Source: Amoebidium appalachense
Taxonomy: Eukaryota; Protista; Ichthyosporea
Direction of reading: 5' to 3'
Assembly (NCBI GenBank): GCA_963693365.1
Contig: CAVNZM010000003.1
Span: 10,384,101-10,448,100 of the forward strand
Length of the DNA stretch: 64,000 bases
Both the position numbers and the translations under genes were made by a program. This document shows, piece after piece, positions 14,755-27,478 of the stretch. Under the pieces are notes generated by a model, which had not been told where the DNA came from, made no database searches, and saw nothing but the letters and a program-made list of their open reading frames with translations. Within the stretch, counting starts at the first letter, position 1; each line of letters begins with the position of its first letter.

Positions 14755-14859
14755 CCCCTACCCTTCACCACAACTACGACCACCAAATTTCAAACTCAAA
14801 ACTTCAAAAAAAAAAATAAATCCAAACTCTCGGTTCAATTGCAGCAGATTTCAAAGCAC

Positions 14860-15053
14860 CAGAAATGAGTGAGTGATCGGGTGAGTGAGTGAGCGCACAC
14901 AGCCTGGCAGTGAACACACACACATGGCACCCTATTATGAAGCCTTAGGGGATTATTCCAGTTTTGCCATTCCCTTTATATTAGGGTGTCATGTGTGTGT
15001 GTTCACTGACTGTGTATGACACTAGTCACGGTGTGCTCACTCACTCATTTCTG
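14860..15053. mobile_element. Putative 194-bp MITE
   Basis: 17-bp perfect inverted repeat CAGAAATGAGTGAGTGA / TCACTCACTCATTTCTG, flanked by GCAC on both sides. Single copy, and the repeat is partly low-complexity. Confidence 0.45.
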
Positions 15054-15374
15054 GCACTCATCTTCCTGCAAACCTCAGTACTATGCATGCATGGGACCAC
15101 ACACACACAGATCATCATGTGCACACGTACTCAAACTTGCAAACGTGCACACGTACTACAATGTACCCATAGTGTCATACGTATATCCACACACACACAC
15201 ACAGTATTAATGGGGCCACTGGGCCACATCAGCAATTCGAAACTACTTCAAGCTGAACTATTATTCTGCAAACAAGTTGAACACATTTCCAGTATAAAAG
15301 AAAAGTTGACATGTTGTTGAAGCAGGCCTATTCAGCAAAGGCAAATTCATACTCCCCCTCCTTCCCCTCCCTTC

Positions 15375-15410
<36 letters not shown>

Positions 15411-15690
15411 ATTATACTTCTGCTCACTGAGATTGAAGAAGAAATTCGTTCTTCAATTGTGAAAAGAAAAAGGAGCCACAAGAATAGTAACTAAGATATA
15501 TGCCTATTAGATTATCGGGCAGACACGATACGTGCGGCACACACGTGCGCGCACACCCATCCCAATCTCCCCCCCCGGGGCCCCTTCCCCCCCCCTCCCC
15601 ACACTCACACATACACACACCCCGCACACATACATGCGCTCACACGCACAGCGCGCGCGCGCGCGCGCGCGCAGACAAACAACACACACA

Positions 15691-15739
<49 letters not shown>

Positions 15740-15824
15740 TGCCAGTGTGTGTGTATGTGTGTGTGTTTTTTCAAAGTGTTTGTGTGAGTGAGTGAGTGAG
15801 TGAGTGTGAGTGAGTGTGTGTGCG

Positions 15825-15867
<43 letters not shown>

Positions 15868-15935
15868 GGGTGGGTGTGTGTGTGTTTGTGTGTGACGGTG
15901 TGTGTGTGACACTGTGTGTGTGTGTGTGTGTTTTG

Positions 15936-16019
<84 letters not shown>

Positions 16020-16059
16020 TGTGGGGGGAGGGGAATGGGTGGTTGGGAGGGGGAGGGGG

Positions 16060-16104
<45 letters not shown>

Positions 16105-16125
16105 GGAGGGAGGGGGAGAGAGGAG

Positions 16126-16196
<71 letters not shown>

Positions 16197-16304
16197 TAGA
16201 GAGAGAGAAAGAGAGAAAGAGGGAGGGAGGAAGGGAAAGAGAGCCTCGGGGGAGAAAGAGAGAGATGGACCGGAAGATAAGAGGGGGGAGAGAGAGAGAG
16301 AGAA

Positions 16305-16393
<89 letters not shown>

Positions 16394-16636
16394 CGGAGTT
16401 GGTGTGGGAGAGGGGAAAAGGGGAGCAGAGGGAGGGAAGGGGGGAGGGGGGAGAGAGTGGTATAGAGAAAGAATCACGGAGAGACATGTTTATGATATTC
16501 GTGTGTGTGTGTGTGTGAACTCAGTGATTGTGTGTGTGTGTGTGTTGCGTGTGTTCTGCCGCAGCTGTAACCTGCACAGCGGTGTGTGTCGTGTGTGTGT
16601 GTGTTACTGTGTTTGTGTGTGTGTTTGTGTGTTGGT

Positions 16637-16670
<34 letters not shown>

Positions 16671-16831
16671 TGTGCATGCACGTGGGCGTGCGTGCGTCCG
16701 TGCGTATGTATCTGTGTACTCTGTGTGTGCACGTGCGTGTGCGTGTGTGAGCGTATGTTGAACACGGTGTGTTTATGTATACCTGTAATTGTGTGTAGCA
16801 GTGAATGCCCTCCTATCGATATCTCCCGGAC

Positions 16832-16862
<31 letters not shown>

Positions 16863-17601
16863 GCTCGGATACCCTCACCTCGTGCACCGTCCCCGCGCTT
16901 AACCTTCCTTTGCACATTCACACATTCACACATGGCGATCATATTCCCGTGGCGTTGATATTGGCGCTTACCTGAAATCATTATAAGCCTTGAAAAACAC
17001 ATCCGTATATATGTGAGTGCATATGTATGTACTGTTTCAAAAGTCTTCTCCGCACTGTTTTGGCCAGATAAAGCCGACGCAACCAACTTCGATTGTAGAT
17101 TCCTAGGAATGTACTACCCACTCGCTGTACATGTAGCTACGTCATAACTATAAAATAGCCGGTATAGTATTACTACGCGGCAGGAGCAAAAAAGGTATGT
17201 CAGATAGCTCACAGGGAGACAGAGAAAGCACTCAAAATGACAACCTAGAATAGCAATCATTCCCTGCGCAGGCGTGACGATAAGCTCTGACGATATCGAT
17301 GTCCTGGGGATGAATGTTTGCAACGACTCAATATGAAGTGTACATGGATGGACGATGTTACTTCGCATGCAGAGGCGAGGTGCGAAGTACATGCGTAAGA
17401 GACAAAAACTAAGGTAGGTGGCACATATAACGTGAGACTATATTCCACTAAAACCTTTGTAGATGCGCCGCAGTGGGTACATACAGACATACATGCGACA
17501 TCGAAATGTGATGGGAATATGAATTCGAACACGGATGAAAGTCGGATGGGGGACGGATGCTCACAGCTTTCGTTGACGAGAACTATGTTTTGGACAAGGA
17601 A

Positions 17602-17805
17602 GGACTTCACTTTCTCTTCGATCTCTTAGCTGTCACGTCAACTTTTTTTCCCGATTCTTCACCATGGCAGGTATATAAAGGCTTTCGTTTTTTTTTTTTT
17701 GTGGACTTCACTTTCACTTCGATCTCTTAGCTGTCACGTCAACTTTTCCCCCCAATTCTTCACCATGGCAGGTATATAAAGGCCTTCGTTTTTTTCTTTT
17801 TGTGG
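17602..17805 (+). repeat. ~101-bp imperfect tandem duplication, each unit with a TATATAAAGG box
   Basis: GGACTTCACTTT...CACCATGGCAGGTATATAAAGG...TTTTGTGG starting at 17602 and 17703. Confidence 0.9.
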
Positions 17806-19403
17806 TGGGAGGGAGTCCCATTCAGGGGAACCTGACTGCAGCGTGTGTGGTGTGGCCTGGTGTTTTCCTACTGCTGTGAGAGTGTGGGGGCATCTCCCTT
17901 TCGCGGAGTTTCTCGCTTGAGAAGTGGTTTCTTCAACGCCTGGTGGTCCACTGCAACCTATGGTAACTTCTACACGCTGTCTACGCTTCTACGCGACCTA
18001 TTGGCGGTGGGCTGCTGCAACTTCTTCAGCTACTTCTGCGATGCGTAGGTGGAGGGGCGGCTACTTGGTCGTCGGGAAGCTTTCCAAGTGACTGCCAGTC
18101 CTTAGCCTCCAGTCGTATGGCAATAGCCGGGTTTGCTTGCATGCATTCTGTAATTGTGTTTTTCTGTGTGTCCTGCCACAACTAGGCCACCTTATCAGAG
18201 AGCTAGATGCAGTTTCTCCGGGTTATCTAGGGGCCGGGCCCGTTGGGATTGTTTTTTAGCTCAGATTTGGTCTGCATTGCTCTTTTAGAGGCTGACTTGC
18301 TTGCTGTGCCTCGGTAGATTTTGAGGGGGGGCCTGTTGGGAAGCAGCAGTAATAATGTCTTCTTGCGGAGTGTGGTCTGGTCAACATCGATGCATATGAC
18401 TAGTTGGAGCAAACTAGTTTCACGATTACACGTACACTTACGGTTTTGCCCGCTGGTGTCCTTTGTCACTTGTCGCTTTATTTTTATTTCGTAGCTTTGG
18501 CTTTTTCAGTTCTATTGGTGGTTATGTAGCCTGTGGCTGCACGTTGCCTTCATCAACGGATCAATAAACCCGAGTCAAAAGAAAGAAAAAAAAAGACTGA
18601 GGACGCCAGGTCCCGGAAGCCCCATTTACATAGTGATGTTTATTGATCTGGGGGGCTTCAGAGAGAGAGAGACGAAAGGAAGGTATGTATCCTTGTACAC
18701 TGATTTGATTGGCCAGATCCTGGATCAATAAGTTGAACATCACTCACTCGTGCTTGCCTCATGCCCCCCGTGTCCGTGGAGTGCAGGCCGTCGTGCCTGC
18801 ACCCAACTTGAAGGGGCTGGCCGAGGCGGGGGTCGCCAGGGGGGTCCATGCCATGAGCCCCCCCCGCACCAGCCGGGGCTGGGCCCCGCCTCGACATGCT
18901 TTATTGCCGCTGCAATCGGGCTGTGAGCCAGTCACAGTCGCATACGTACACCGTCATGTATACAGACTGAGAGGTGGGTGGGTGGGAGCCGCCGTGTGCT
19001 AGCCACCGAAAACGTAATCGTGCTAACAAAAACCGTACGTGCAGCACACGGCGAAAACGAAGGTGGCCTGCATCTGCAGTGTGCTGCGCCGGAAATACCG
19101 GCGCTGGTGGCGCCTGACGTCAGGCGCTGCGCCAGACCGATGTCAGCCGCCGCTGCGGCTGCGCCTGGCGCCGCGGCCCGTGACGTCATGGGCCGCCCGG
19201 CTGCCTGCGCCGAAGTGCTCCGTGAAACATCTTTCATCTGCTGCGCATATGAAACGTACATTCACATCACTCACTCGTGCTTGCCTCATGCCCCCCGTGT
19301 CCGTGGAGTGCAGGCCGTCGTGCCTGCACCCAAGGGGCTGGCCGAGGCGGGGGCCGCCAGGGGGGGTCCATGCCATGAGCCCCCCCCGCACCACAAGGCC
19401 CCC

Positions 19404-20516
19404 CTACTGCGATGTAGGGGGTCCGCCCCAAGGTCCCGTGGCGAGGCCCTGGTGTGACCAGACGGTGGCAATGGAGGCTTGCACGTCGCGGTGGGGCAGC
19501 CGGATGTAGACCATGAATGCGTCTGATGCCCAGCGGCCAAGGGCTTTGATGGTGGCGTCAGGTAGGCCCGCTCTTTCAGCTGCAGTGGCCCCCCCTATGC
19601 GCAGGCTGTGGCCAGCGTACCGGTCGGGGTCGTAGCCCGCATGGTGTAGAGCTGTGCGGAAACCGGCGATGAAGGTGCTCTTGAGGTAAGGGCTGCCGTC
19701 GACGCTGAACAGGGGTGCATCTGGGTGGATGCCTGCCCTGGTTGACGAGACCCCCAGGAAGAGGGCTAGATTGGCTGCTGGGCAGAAGGAAGGCTCCTCC
19801 GGGAAGGCGGGCACCCGGATGGTAACACCCTTGCCCGTGGGGTCGGTCTTAGATGTCGGCAGGAAGACTGTTGCCCCAATCAGGCGGCCATCCTGCCATA
19901 GGAGCTGGACGTCGCGACGCTTGGCGTGAAGGAGGGGGTTGAACTTGGCCGCAGATTTGGACGTGAACTCGCCCGAGCGCAGGAGGCACGAGCTGCCAAG
20001 CAGCAGGGCAGCCCACAGACGCAGGGCCTCCAATGAAGAGCCCGGTTGGATGACTGGGAGGAGGGCGCGGAGGTCGGCTGGGAGGAGGGGCTCGAGCACT
20101 CGTTTGGGCCGGTGGCTGCCTTCCAGCAGCAGGAAGCGGCCAGCCCCGCGGATAAACCACTGAAGGCTCTGCTGGCCGGAGCCCGCTGGTGGTGCCATGC
20201 CCAAGCTGCGGTGCAGGCTGTTGACGGCGGAGACGATGCTGGGCATGGTCCGGGCTTGCACCGCACGCATGGCGCACCAGGCAAGGAACAGCTGCACTTG
20301 GGCTGGGCAGGCTGGCAGGTAGCCACCATCAGGATTGCGGCAGTCCATTGCGTAGATGAAGTCGATAAACTGGCGCTGGTAGGACGAGTAGGAGGACTCC
20401 GTGCTGTCGCCCACTGACAGCCGAGTGATGGTTCGGGCCACCTCCGGGACACGGGCCAAAACCTCGGGGGTGAACCACTGGGCAAGCCTACCATGGTCGC
20501 CACCAAAGGGGAGCAA
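19404..20516 (-). CDS. Tyrosine recombinase of the Ngaro element
   Basis: 370 aa; LLRSGEF, SKTDP, GHSLRIGGAT, LGRWASDAFMVY give the R-K-H-R-W-Y catalytic set; N-terminal core-binding-like helices. Confidence 0.95.
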   Translation of the reverse strand: MLPFGGDHGRLAQWFTPEVLARVPEVARTITRLSVGDSTESSYSSYQRQFIDFIYAMDCRNPDGGYLPACPAQVQLFLAWCAMRAVQARTMPSIVSAVNSLHRSLGMAPPAGSGQQSLQWFIRGAGRFLLLEGSHRPKRVLEPLLPADLRALLPVIQPGSSLEALRLWAALLLGSSCLLRSGEFTSKSAAKFNPLLHAKRRDVQLLWQDGRLIGATVFLPTSKTDPTGKGVTIRVPAFPEEPSFCPAANLALFLGVSSTRAGIHPDAPLFSVDGSPYLKSTFIAGFRTALHHAGYDPDRYAGHSLRIGGATAAERAGLPDATIKALGRWASDAFMVYIRLPHRDVQASIATVWSHQGLATGPWGGPPTSQ

Positions 20517-20874
20517 GCCACCTGCAGGGACAGAGCTGTGTGAGCATCATGCCTAGTCTAAGAGTCCCAGGGGGGGGGGGGGGGGGGTAAAGGCAACGAG
20601 CGGGGTGGGCGGCAGGCAAGCGGGTGCACAGGCAGGCAGACAGAGGGGGGGGGGGGGGGGGGGGGGAGGGGGGGGGGGGGGGGGGGGCGTAGCTAAAGGG
20701 CAGAGGATGCATGCAGCGCTGGCAGGGAGGGCGGGGGAAGGGGAGGGGGGGGTATGCGCGCACAAGCCGCGGTGTAGGCGTGCGTGTGTGTGCGCTAGTG
20801 TGTGGGTGTGTATGAGCATGTGTGTGTAACACCGAGGTTAAGCATGCACGATCGAAGGGGCGGGTGGAGGGGTG

Positions 20875-21802
20875 TGTTGAAATACGTAGTATCTACATAG
20901 TATGGTAAGATCTTCTCAGTTTGTGTTATGTTTCAGTTCATATGCTTAGTGTATATGCCACACTCCTATTATGTAAAGTGAAGCATCGATCTCCGATATG
21001 CTTGTATACTTGTAATCGTGTTGTATCGGCTCTAATCGTGTATTGTAATATCGATTAGAATATTTATATGTGTGTACACGGATCCACCCACTCAGGGAGA
21101 GACGTGTACATGTTCGTGTGTACATAAATATCTCTGGTTATAGTTATGCTATTACTATCTTGTTTGTTGATCTGTGCTCTCTTTTCCTTCCTCTTTCTCC
21201 TTCCTTATTTTCTTTTCTTTCTCTCTTTGTCATCATGTGTATAATCGTATTTCTTTTCTACTAATATATGTTAGGTAGATTTGTGTTACTTAATACGTGT
21301 TCATTGGACGGTAACACACTTAGGCTACACTTAGAATAGCATGTGTGTTTAGACTTCATTAATTTACTTTAGTTTTCATGTGTTGCCGGGCTTTAACCAA
21401 TCATCAAGGTTAAGTGTGATATGTCTGAGTCTTTTCAGTATGTCATAGGTTAGAACTTCCTTGATGATGACACGAGTTGACCTTAACTAGTGTCTGTGTC
21501 CTATCGTGTGCGTCTCCGCGTACCGGATCTCTCTGAAAGCAATTGGTTCTTAGTGATTGGTTTCTATTAGAGATAGATCTGATTTCCGACTGGTCGGAAA
21601 TCATGTATGGATTGGACTTAGAGGAATTTCAGGTATTTATTCGAAGATCAGAATAAATTCAGTTCAGTCGTGTCTAAACATTGATGTCTGTTGTGTACAC
21701 TGCTCCGATCGTTCCGTGCTTTGTTGTTGTGTGTGTCTGTGGTGTTTTTACACTGCACCACTGTGTCTCTGCTTTCATCCCAAATATTTATATAATTTAA
21801 CA
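20875..21802 (+). repeat. Copia 5' LTR (928 bp)
   Basis: TG...CA ends; near-identical to 27817-28744 and slightly diverged from 33629-34578. Confidence 0.95.
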
Positions 21803-21815
21803 GGTTATGCAGCCC
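21803..21815 (+). promoter_or_regulatory. Primer-binding site, half-tRNAiMet type
   Basis: GGTTATGCAGCCC directly after the LTR resembles the GGTTATGGGCCC PBS of Drosophila copia/Ty5 (anticodon-region priming). Also at 28745-28757. Confidence 0.65.
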
Positions 21816-21864
21816 TTTTGCACGCTCCCTACACACATCTAGAACTAGCGCTCGTTTTTCAATC

Positions 21865-24800
21865 ATGGATCCAAACAAAACTGGCGTAAACAAAATCACC
21901 ATGTGGAAAGGTGAAGGGAAGACTGGTGAGTCCCGATAGCAAAACCACCTATTTTCAATGGGAAATCATTTTTCTCGGCATGATGACCGGCACTAAAGGT
22001 GTCCGACTCGTGGATGTTGTACTTGCTGACAACTACGTCCCCCCTACCACCGTCGCGGTTGACGGTGAACCCCCCTTCTACGGCTACGGCACTACCGCGG
22101 AACTCAAGGAGGCCCGCAATTGCCTCCTGCTCCATATGATACAGAACATCGACCCTTCCGTTCTCACCACCGTTGCCCAGTACCGTATTGGCATGGACCC
22201 TGAACGGGCCATGTGGAAATTCCGTCAACACTACCTCCAAGGCAAACCCGATCAGATCCGCATCCTTCACCGTCAGTGGGATGCCTGTGCCCTTCAGCCC
22301 GGTGAATCATTCACCACCTAGTACCTGAGTCGTCTGCAGACCATCGTGAACCAGCTCCAGTCCCTCCAAGATGAGTCCATTCACTTCACTCGTCTAGCTG
22401 AGAAGTTCTTCAATGAACTCACCACCAGAGACGACCTCACCCCTGAGTTCAACCGTCTTATCGAAGACTATCACTTCGGTGATAAGCTATTCCCCGACTT
22501 CGAGTCCCTCCACAACCACGTCAAGGGCATCGAGTTACGTCAAGACCTCAAGATGCAACTCCGGAGCAACCGTGCCCACCGTGCCTCCAAGTCCAGCATG
22601 GCATTAAATGCCAGTGCTCCCCCCCGTGATCTTCCTCGCCGTGACTTACGCACCCGACTTGACCGTACCTCTGGCACGGACCTCCGAACTCGTCTCTCCC
22701 GTCAGCACACCCGATCCCGTTCCCCCCACCGGCCTGCCTTCCGGTCCACGTCTCGTTCCCCCAGTCGTTCCCGTTTCTCGGGTTCCCGTCGTTCTGATTC
22801 CCCGGCTCGTTCTAACACCCCGTCCGTGAAAGCATGCTCCTACTGCCACGAGCCTGATCACACGATCATCGATTGCCCTGAGCCGAAATGCCGTATGTCC
22901 AGACACAACCGTTCCCGTCAAGGCAGTGAGAAATCTGTCTCCTTTGCTTTCTCGGCATACAATGCTAGCTCCGTCCCCGTGTCCTCCGACCCTGCCTGGG
23001 ATTCCGGGTGTAACATGACTGTCTGCCCCACCCGTGAGTTCTTCCATGACCTCACTCCCCTTCCGACACCGACTCCCGTTGCTGCCTTCAATGGCACCCC
23101 CGTCTTGGCCACCCACACCGGCCATATCGTCATCAACACCACCACCGACCATGGCACTGCCACCCTTACCATTGAAGCCTACTACACCCCGTCTGGCCAG
23201 GCCTTCCTCATCTCAACATCCCAAGCTGCTGCCCAATACATCAAGGGTGATTTGAATGATGCCTCCACTCCGTCATTCCTCTTCGACCGACTCACCGGTC
23301 GTCATCTCGTCAACCTCCGTCTACACAACGGTCTGTATTACTTCAAGGACTACACCATTCAACCACCCACTCGTCCTGTGGCTCTGGCTGCCACTACCAG
23401 TGTTAACCCATCCATCTGGCACCATCGTCTGGGGCACCGTGCTATGACCAGCATCAAGGACATGGTGAAACACGACCTTGTTATTGGTCTCCCCTCCTCT
23501 GTCCTCGACTGTGATGTTCCTGATTGTCATGGCTGCATTATGGGTAAAACCACCAAGGCTCCGTTCAAGGGTGACCGTCCTCACTCCAACATCCCCGGTC
23601 ATGAATGGCATTGGGATTTTTTTGAGCCTACCACAACATCGTACGGAGGTTCCAAGGTTGCTCTCGTCACTGTCTGCCGTGCCTCTGGACTCGTCAAGAT
23701 CTACCCGATGGCCGACCGTACCACCACCCTGGACATTCTCACAGCTCACACCAACCTCGTTGCCACCCATGCCCCCTCCAAAGTTGGTGTCTACCACTTC
23801 GACTCCGGCTCTGAGTTCACCTCCAAGGCTACCCGTGCTTTTTGCCTCTCCCAGGGCATCAAGGCCAGCTATGCTCCGGTGGACTGCCCTCAACTGAACG
23901 GCTATGTTGAACGTCGTATGCGGTTCCTCCAAGAGATTGTCCGTTGCCTCCTCCATCAAGTCCAAGATCAGTCTCTGTCCCCCAAACTGTGGGCTGAGGC
24001 CCTCCAACATGCCGCCTACATCATCAACGTCACCCCGTCCACGACTGCCAATGGTCGTACACCATTCGAGGTTTTCTACGGTGTCAAGCCCGACATCTCC
24101 GAGCTCAAAGTGTTCGGTTGCCCTGCCTACACTCATGTGCCAGCCTCTAAACGGAACAAGCTGGCCCCCACCGTCAAACTCGGCATGTATATCGGCTATG
24201 ATCTTCAATCACACTGCCACCGGATCTTCAATCCCACCACCCATCGCGGCGTCGGCCTCTTCCGTGATGTGATTTTCGACGAATCCGCTTATCTCCCGTC
24301 CGACATTCCATCAACACTTCCGACCCTCGACACCACTGCTACCTCGACCATCCCACCCCCCACAGTTGACACTGAAGATGATGTTTGTCTGGTGTACTCT
24401 GGCCCCCCTCCTGCCATCGTCGTTCCCCCGACACCCCCCCCCCACCGGCCCCCCTGCCCCCGTGCCCGTCCAGCCTGCCGACCCTCATCCTGCCCCTGGC
24501 AACGTCACACCCATCCGACCCGGCTCCCCCGACAACTTCCACTCGGCCCCGTCCAGCCCGGAGGTTGCCCCCCCTGCAATTCCGAACTTCCAAGTTCCCC
24601 CCCCCCCGTCTCCACCTCCCCCGGTTCCTGCACCCCGTCGTTCTGCCCGTCTACAGGGCAAGGTTGGATTTCAAGCCACCACCACCCTCTCAGTCCCCCC
24701 CGGTCCCCCCATCAACATCGACCAACTACCCAAACTTGCCCGTCAACTGTGTTCCGGACCCAATGATGACCAGGTCAAGTCAGCCCTGACTGCTGAGTAT

Positions 24801-26288
24801 CAAGCCTTCGTCGACAAAGACATCTTTGAACTTGTTGACCCTCCCCCTGGTGCTAACATCGTCGGCTTCAAGTGGATTGTCTCCGAGAAAACTCTCAACT
24901 CGGCTGGTGACACCAAGATCAAGGCACGTGGTGTTGCTCAAGGCTTCAGTCAGCAATACGGTGTTGACTATGAGTTGATTGAGAGCCCTGTCATCCGTCC
25001 GGCTGCTCTCCGTGCTATCCTAGCTCTGGCCGTTGTTGAAGGTCATGACATCCATCAACTCGACGTGTCTACGGCCTTTCTCAACAGCCCACTCACCGAG
25101 ACCATCTACATGAAACAACCCCCGGGATTCATCACCATGGCCACACTTGGCAAGGTCTGGAGACTCAAGAAAGCTCTGTACGGCCTCAAGCAAGCCTCCA
25201 AGGCTTGGTACGACTTCCTCGACGGCATTCTTCTTGCCCATGGCCTGACCCGTACTAAGACCGACCCGTGCATCTACCTCCGGTTCTTCCCCAACAACGA
25301 TGTGGTTCGGGCTGGTAACTACGTTGACGACTCCACCATCACCAACACCCGGGGTTCTACTGCTGCCAGTGACCTGGCTGCCCACATCAGCAAGATGGCC
25401 AGCTGTCGTATGAGTCCATTTGACCGTATGCTCCGAGTCGGTGTTGATTTTAATCACTCTGGTACCCATCACCTCCACATGCACCAGAGGTCTTACATCA
25501 TGGATATCATCCACGACTTCAACCTCACCGATGCCAAGTCCAAGTCTACCCCCATCCCTGCAGGCACCACCGTCTCCCTGGCTGACTGCCCCCCCCAACC
25601 GTTCACCGTGCCCTACCGTGAGTTACTCGGCCGTCTCCTCTGGGTGGCACGGTGCACACGTCCCGACATTGCCTATGCCATCGGCTTCCTTGGTCGGTTC
25701 AGCACCAACCCCGGCAAGACTCACTGGGACCTTCTCCGTCGTGTGGCCCGGTACCTGCTCGGCACCATTGACCTTGGCATTGACTACAAGTACTCGGCCA
25801 CCCAGCCCCCCATACTCGAATGCTACACGGATGCTGACTTTGCTGGTTGTGCCGACAGCAAGAAGTCTACCACCGGCTACATCATCGAGTTTGCTGGTAT
25901 GCCCATCATCTGGTACTCCAAGATCCAGCCCATCACGGCCACCAGCACCACTGAGGCTGAGCTGATTGCTCTCAATGCTGGCACCCAAGAAGTTGCTTGG
26001 GTCCGTGACCTTTTCAAGGAACTCGGCTGCCCCATGCTTGCTCCGACTCCGGTGTACTGTGACAACCAGTCGACCATTGCCATCGTCAACTCCACCGGCA
26101 TCAAGCACCGTACCAAACACATTGCCGTCCGGTATCACAACACCAAGGACTACATTGCAAGTGGGGATGTGGTTGTCCACTACGTTGAATCAGCCCACAA
26201 CTTAGCTGACATCCTCACCAAACCCCTCCCCGGCCCGAGTCATGTCAACCATCGTGCTAAACTTTGTCTGCCGGATATTGTGGATTGA
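21865..26288 (+). pseudogene. Copia gag-pol polyprotein, copy 1, disrupted
   Basis: MDPNKTG... start, frameshift at ~21930, TAG at 22319-22321. Zinc knuckle CSYCHEPDHTIIDC; protease WDSG; WHHRLGH...CHGC; integrase HWDFF/FDSGSEF/NGYVER; frameshift in a C-run at ~24440; RT KARGVAQGFSQ, HQLDVSTAFLN, YGLKQA, YVDD; RNaseH YTDADFA, TEAE, CDN, ADILTK. Confidence 0.95.
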
Positions 26289-26891
26289 CCCGTCCTACTT
26301 CAAGAGTGATTTTCTAATGTTTACTACTTACTTTATTATAATCATTATTTCATATGTATATTGCCTTTGTGGGTATGCCCACTTAGGGTTTATATATAAG
26401 GTTTGACCTGTACCATCACTCTACTCTATCTTTCACTGGTTTAAAACCCAGTTAATCAAACCCCGACTATACACCTTATACATATTCGTTGTTTTTGCCC
26501 CGGTTCCTCCCCCCCCCCCCCCCCCCTCTCCCCCCCCCCCCCCCCCTTCCCCTCCCCCCCCCTCCCCCCCTTCTCCCCCCCCCCCCCCCCCCCCCCCCCC
26601 CGCGGGAAAAGTACACACTTTAATTTTTTTTTTCCGTTTCTGTTCTCAAGTGGGGAGATTTCACTAGTTCAGTGGGGATATGATAACACAAACTTCAAAG
26701 TCTTAAGTGGGGATGTTGTAATACGTAGTATCTACATATGGTAAGATCTTCTCAGTTTGTGTTATGTTTCAGTTCATATGCTTAGTGTATATGCCACACT
26801 CCTATTATGGCCGGGCAGTATAAAGTGAAGCATCGATCTCCGATATGCTTGTATACTTGTAATCGTGTTGTATCGGCTCTAATCGTTGGGG

Positions 26892-27478
26892 GTTGAGGGT
26901 TGAACTTGGCCGCAGATTTGGACGTGAACTCGCCCGAGCGCAGGAGGCACGAGCTGCCAAGCAGCAGGGCAGCCCACAGACGCAGGGCCTCCAATGAAGA
27001 GCCCGGTTGGATGACTGGGAGGAGGGCGCGGAGGTCGACTGGGGAGGAGGGGCTCGAGCACTCGTTTGGGCCGGTGGCTGCCTTCCAGCAGCAGGAAGCG
27101 GCTAGCCCCGCGGATAAACCACTGAAGGCTCTGCTGGCCGGAGCCCGCTGGTGGTGCCATGCCCAAGCTGCGGTGCAGGCTGTTGACGGCGGAGACGATG
27201 CTGGGCATGGTCCGGGCTTGCACCGCACGCATGGCGCACCAGGCAAGGAACAGCTGCACTTGGGCTGGGCAGGCTGGCAGGTAGCCACCATCAGGATTGC
27301 GGCAGTCCATTGCGTAGATGAAGTCGATAAACTGGCGCTGGTAGGACGAGTAGGAGGACTCCGTGCTGTCGCCCACTGACAGCCGAGTGATGGTGCGGGC
27401 CACCTCCGGGACACGGGCCAAAACCTCGGGGGTGAACCACTGGGCAAGCCTACCATGGTCGCCACCAAAGGGGAGCAA
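26892..27478 (-). pseudogene. Duplicated 5' half of the Ngaro tyrosine recombinase
   Basis: Near-identical to 19935-20516; 1-bp frameshift at ~27040; lacks the C-terminal catalytic residues. Confidence 0.93.

Larger units (their letters stand above)
20875..26886 (+). mobile_element. Ty1/Copia LTR retrotransposon, copy 1 (3' LTR truncated after ~173 bp)
   Basis: 5' LTR 20875-21802 (TGTTG...TAACA), PBS-like GGTTATGCAGCCC, gag-PR-IN-RT-RH, PPT AAGTGGGGA, partial LTR 26714-26886. Preceded by GGGTG. Confidence 0.95.

Noticed and set aside
22319-22321. Programmed gag readthrough in Copia
   Set aside because: The stop is mid-gag and looks like a 3-nt insertion in an ESxxxY-type motif; sharing by both copies reflects the duplication.
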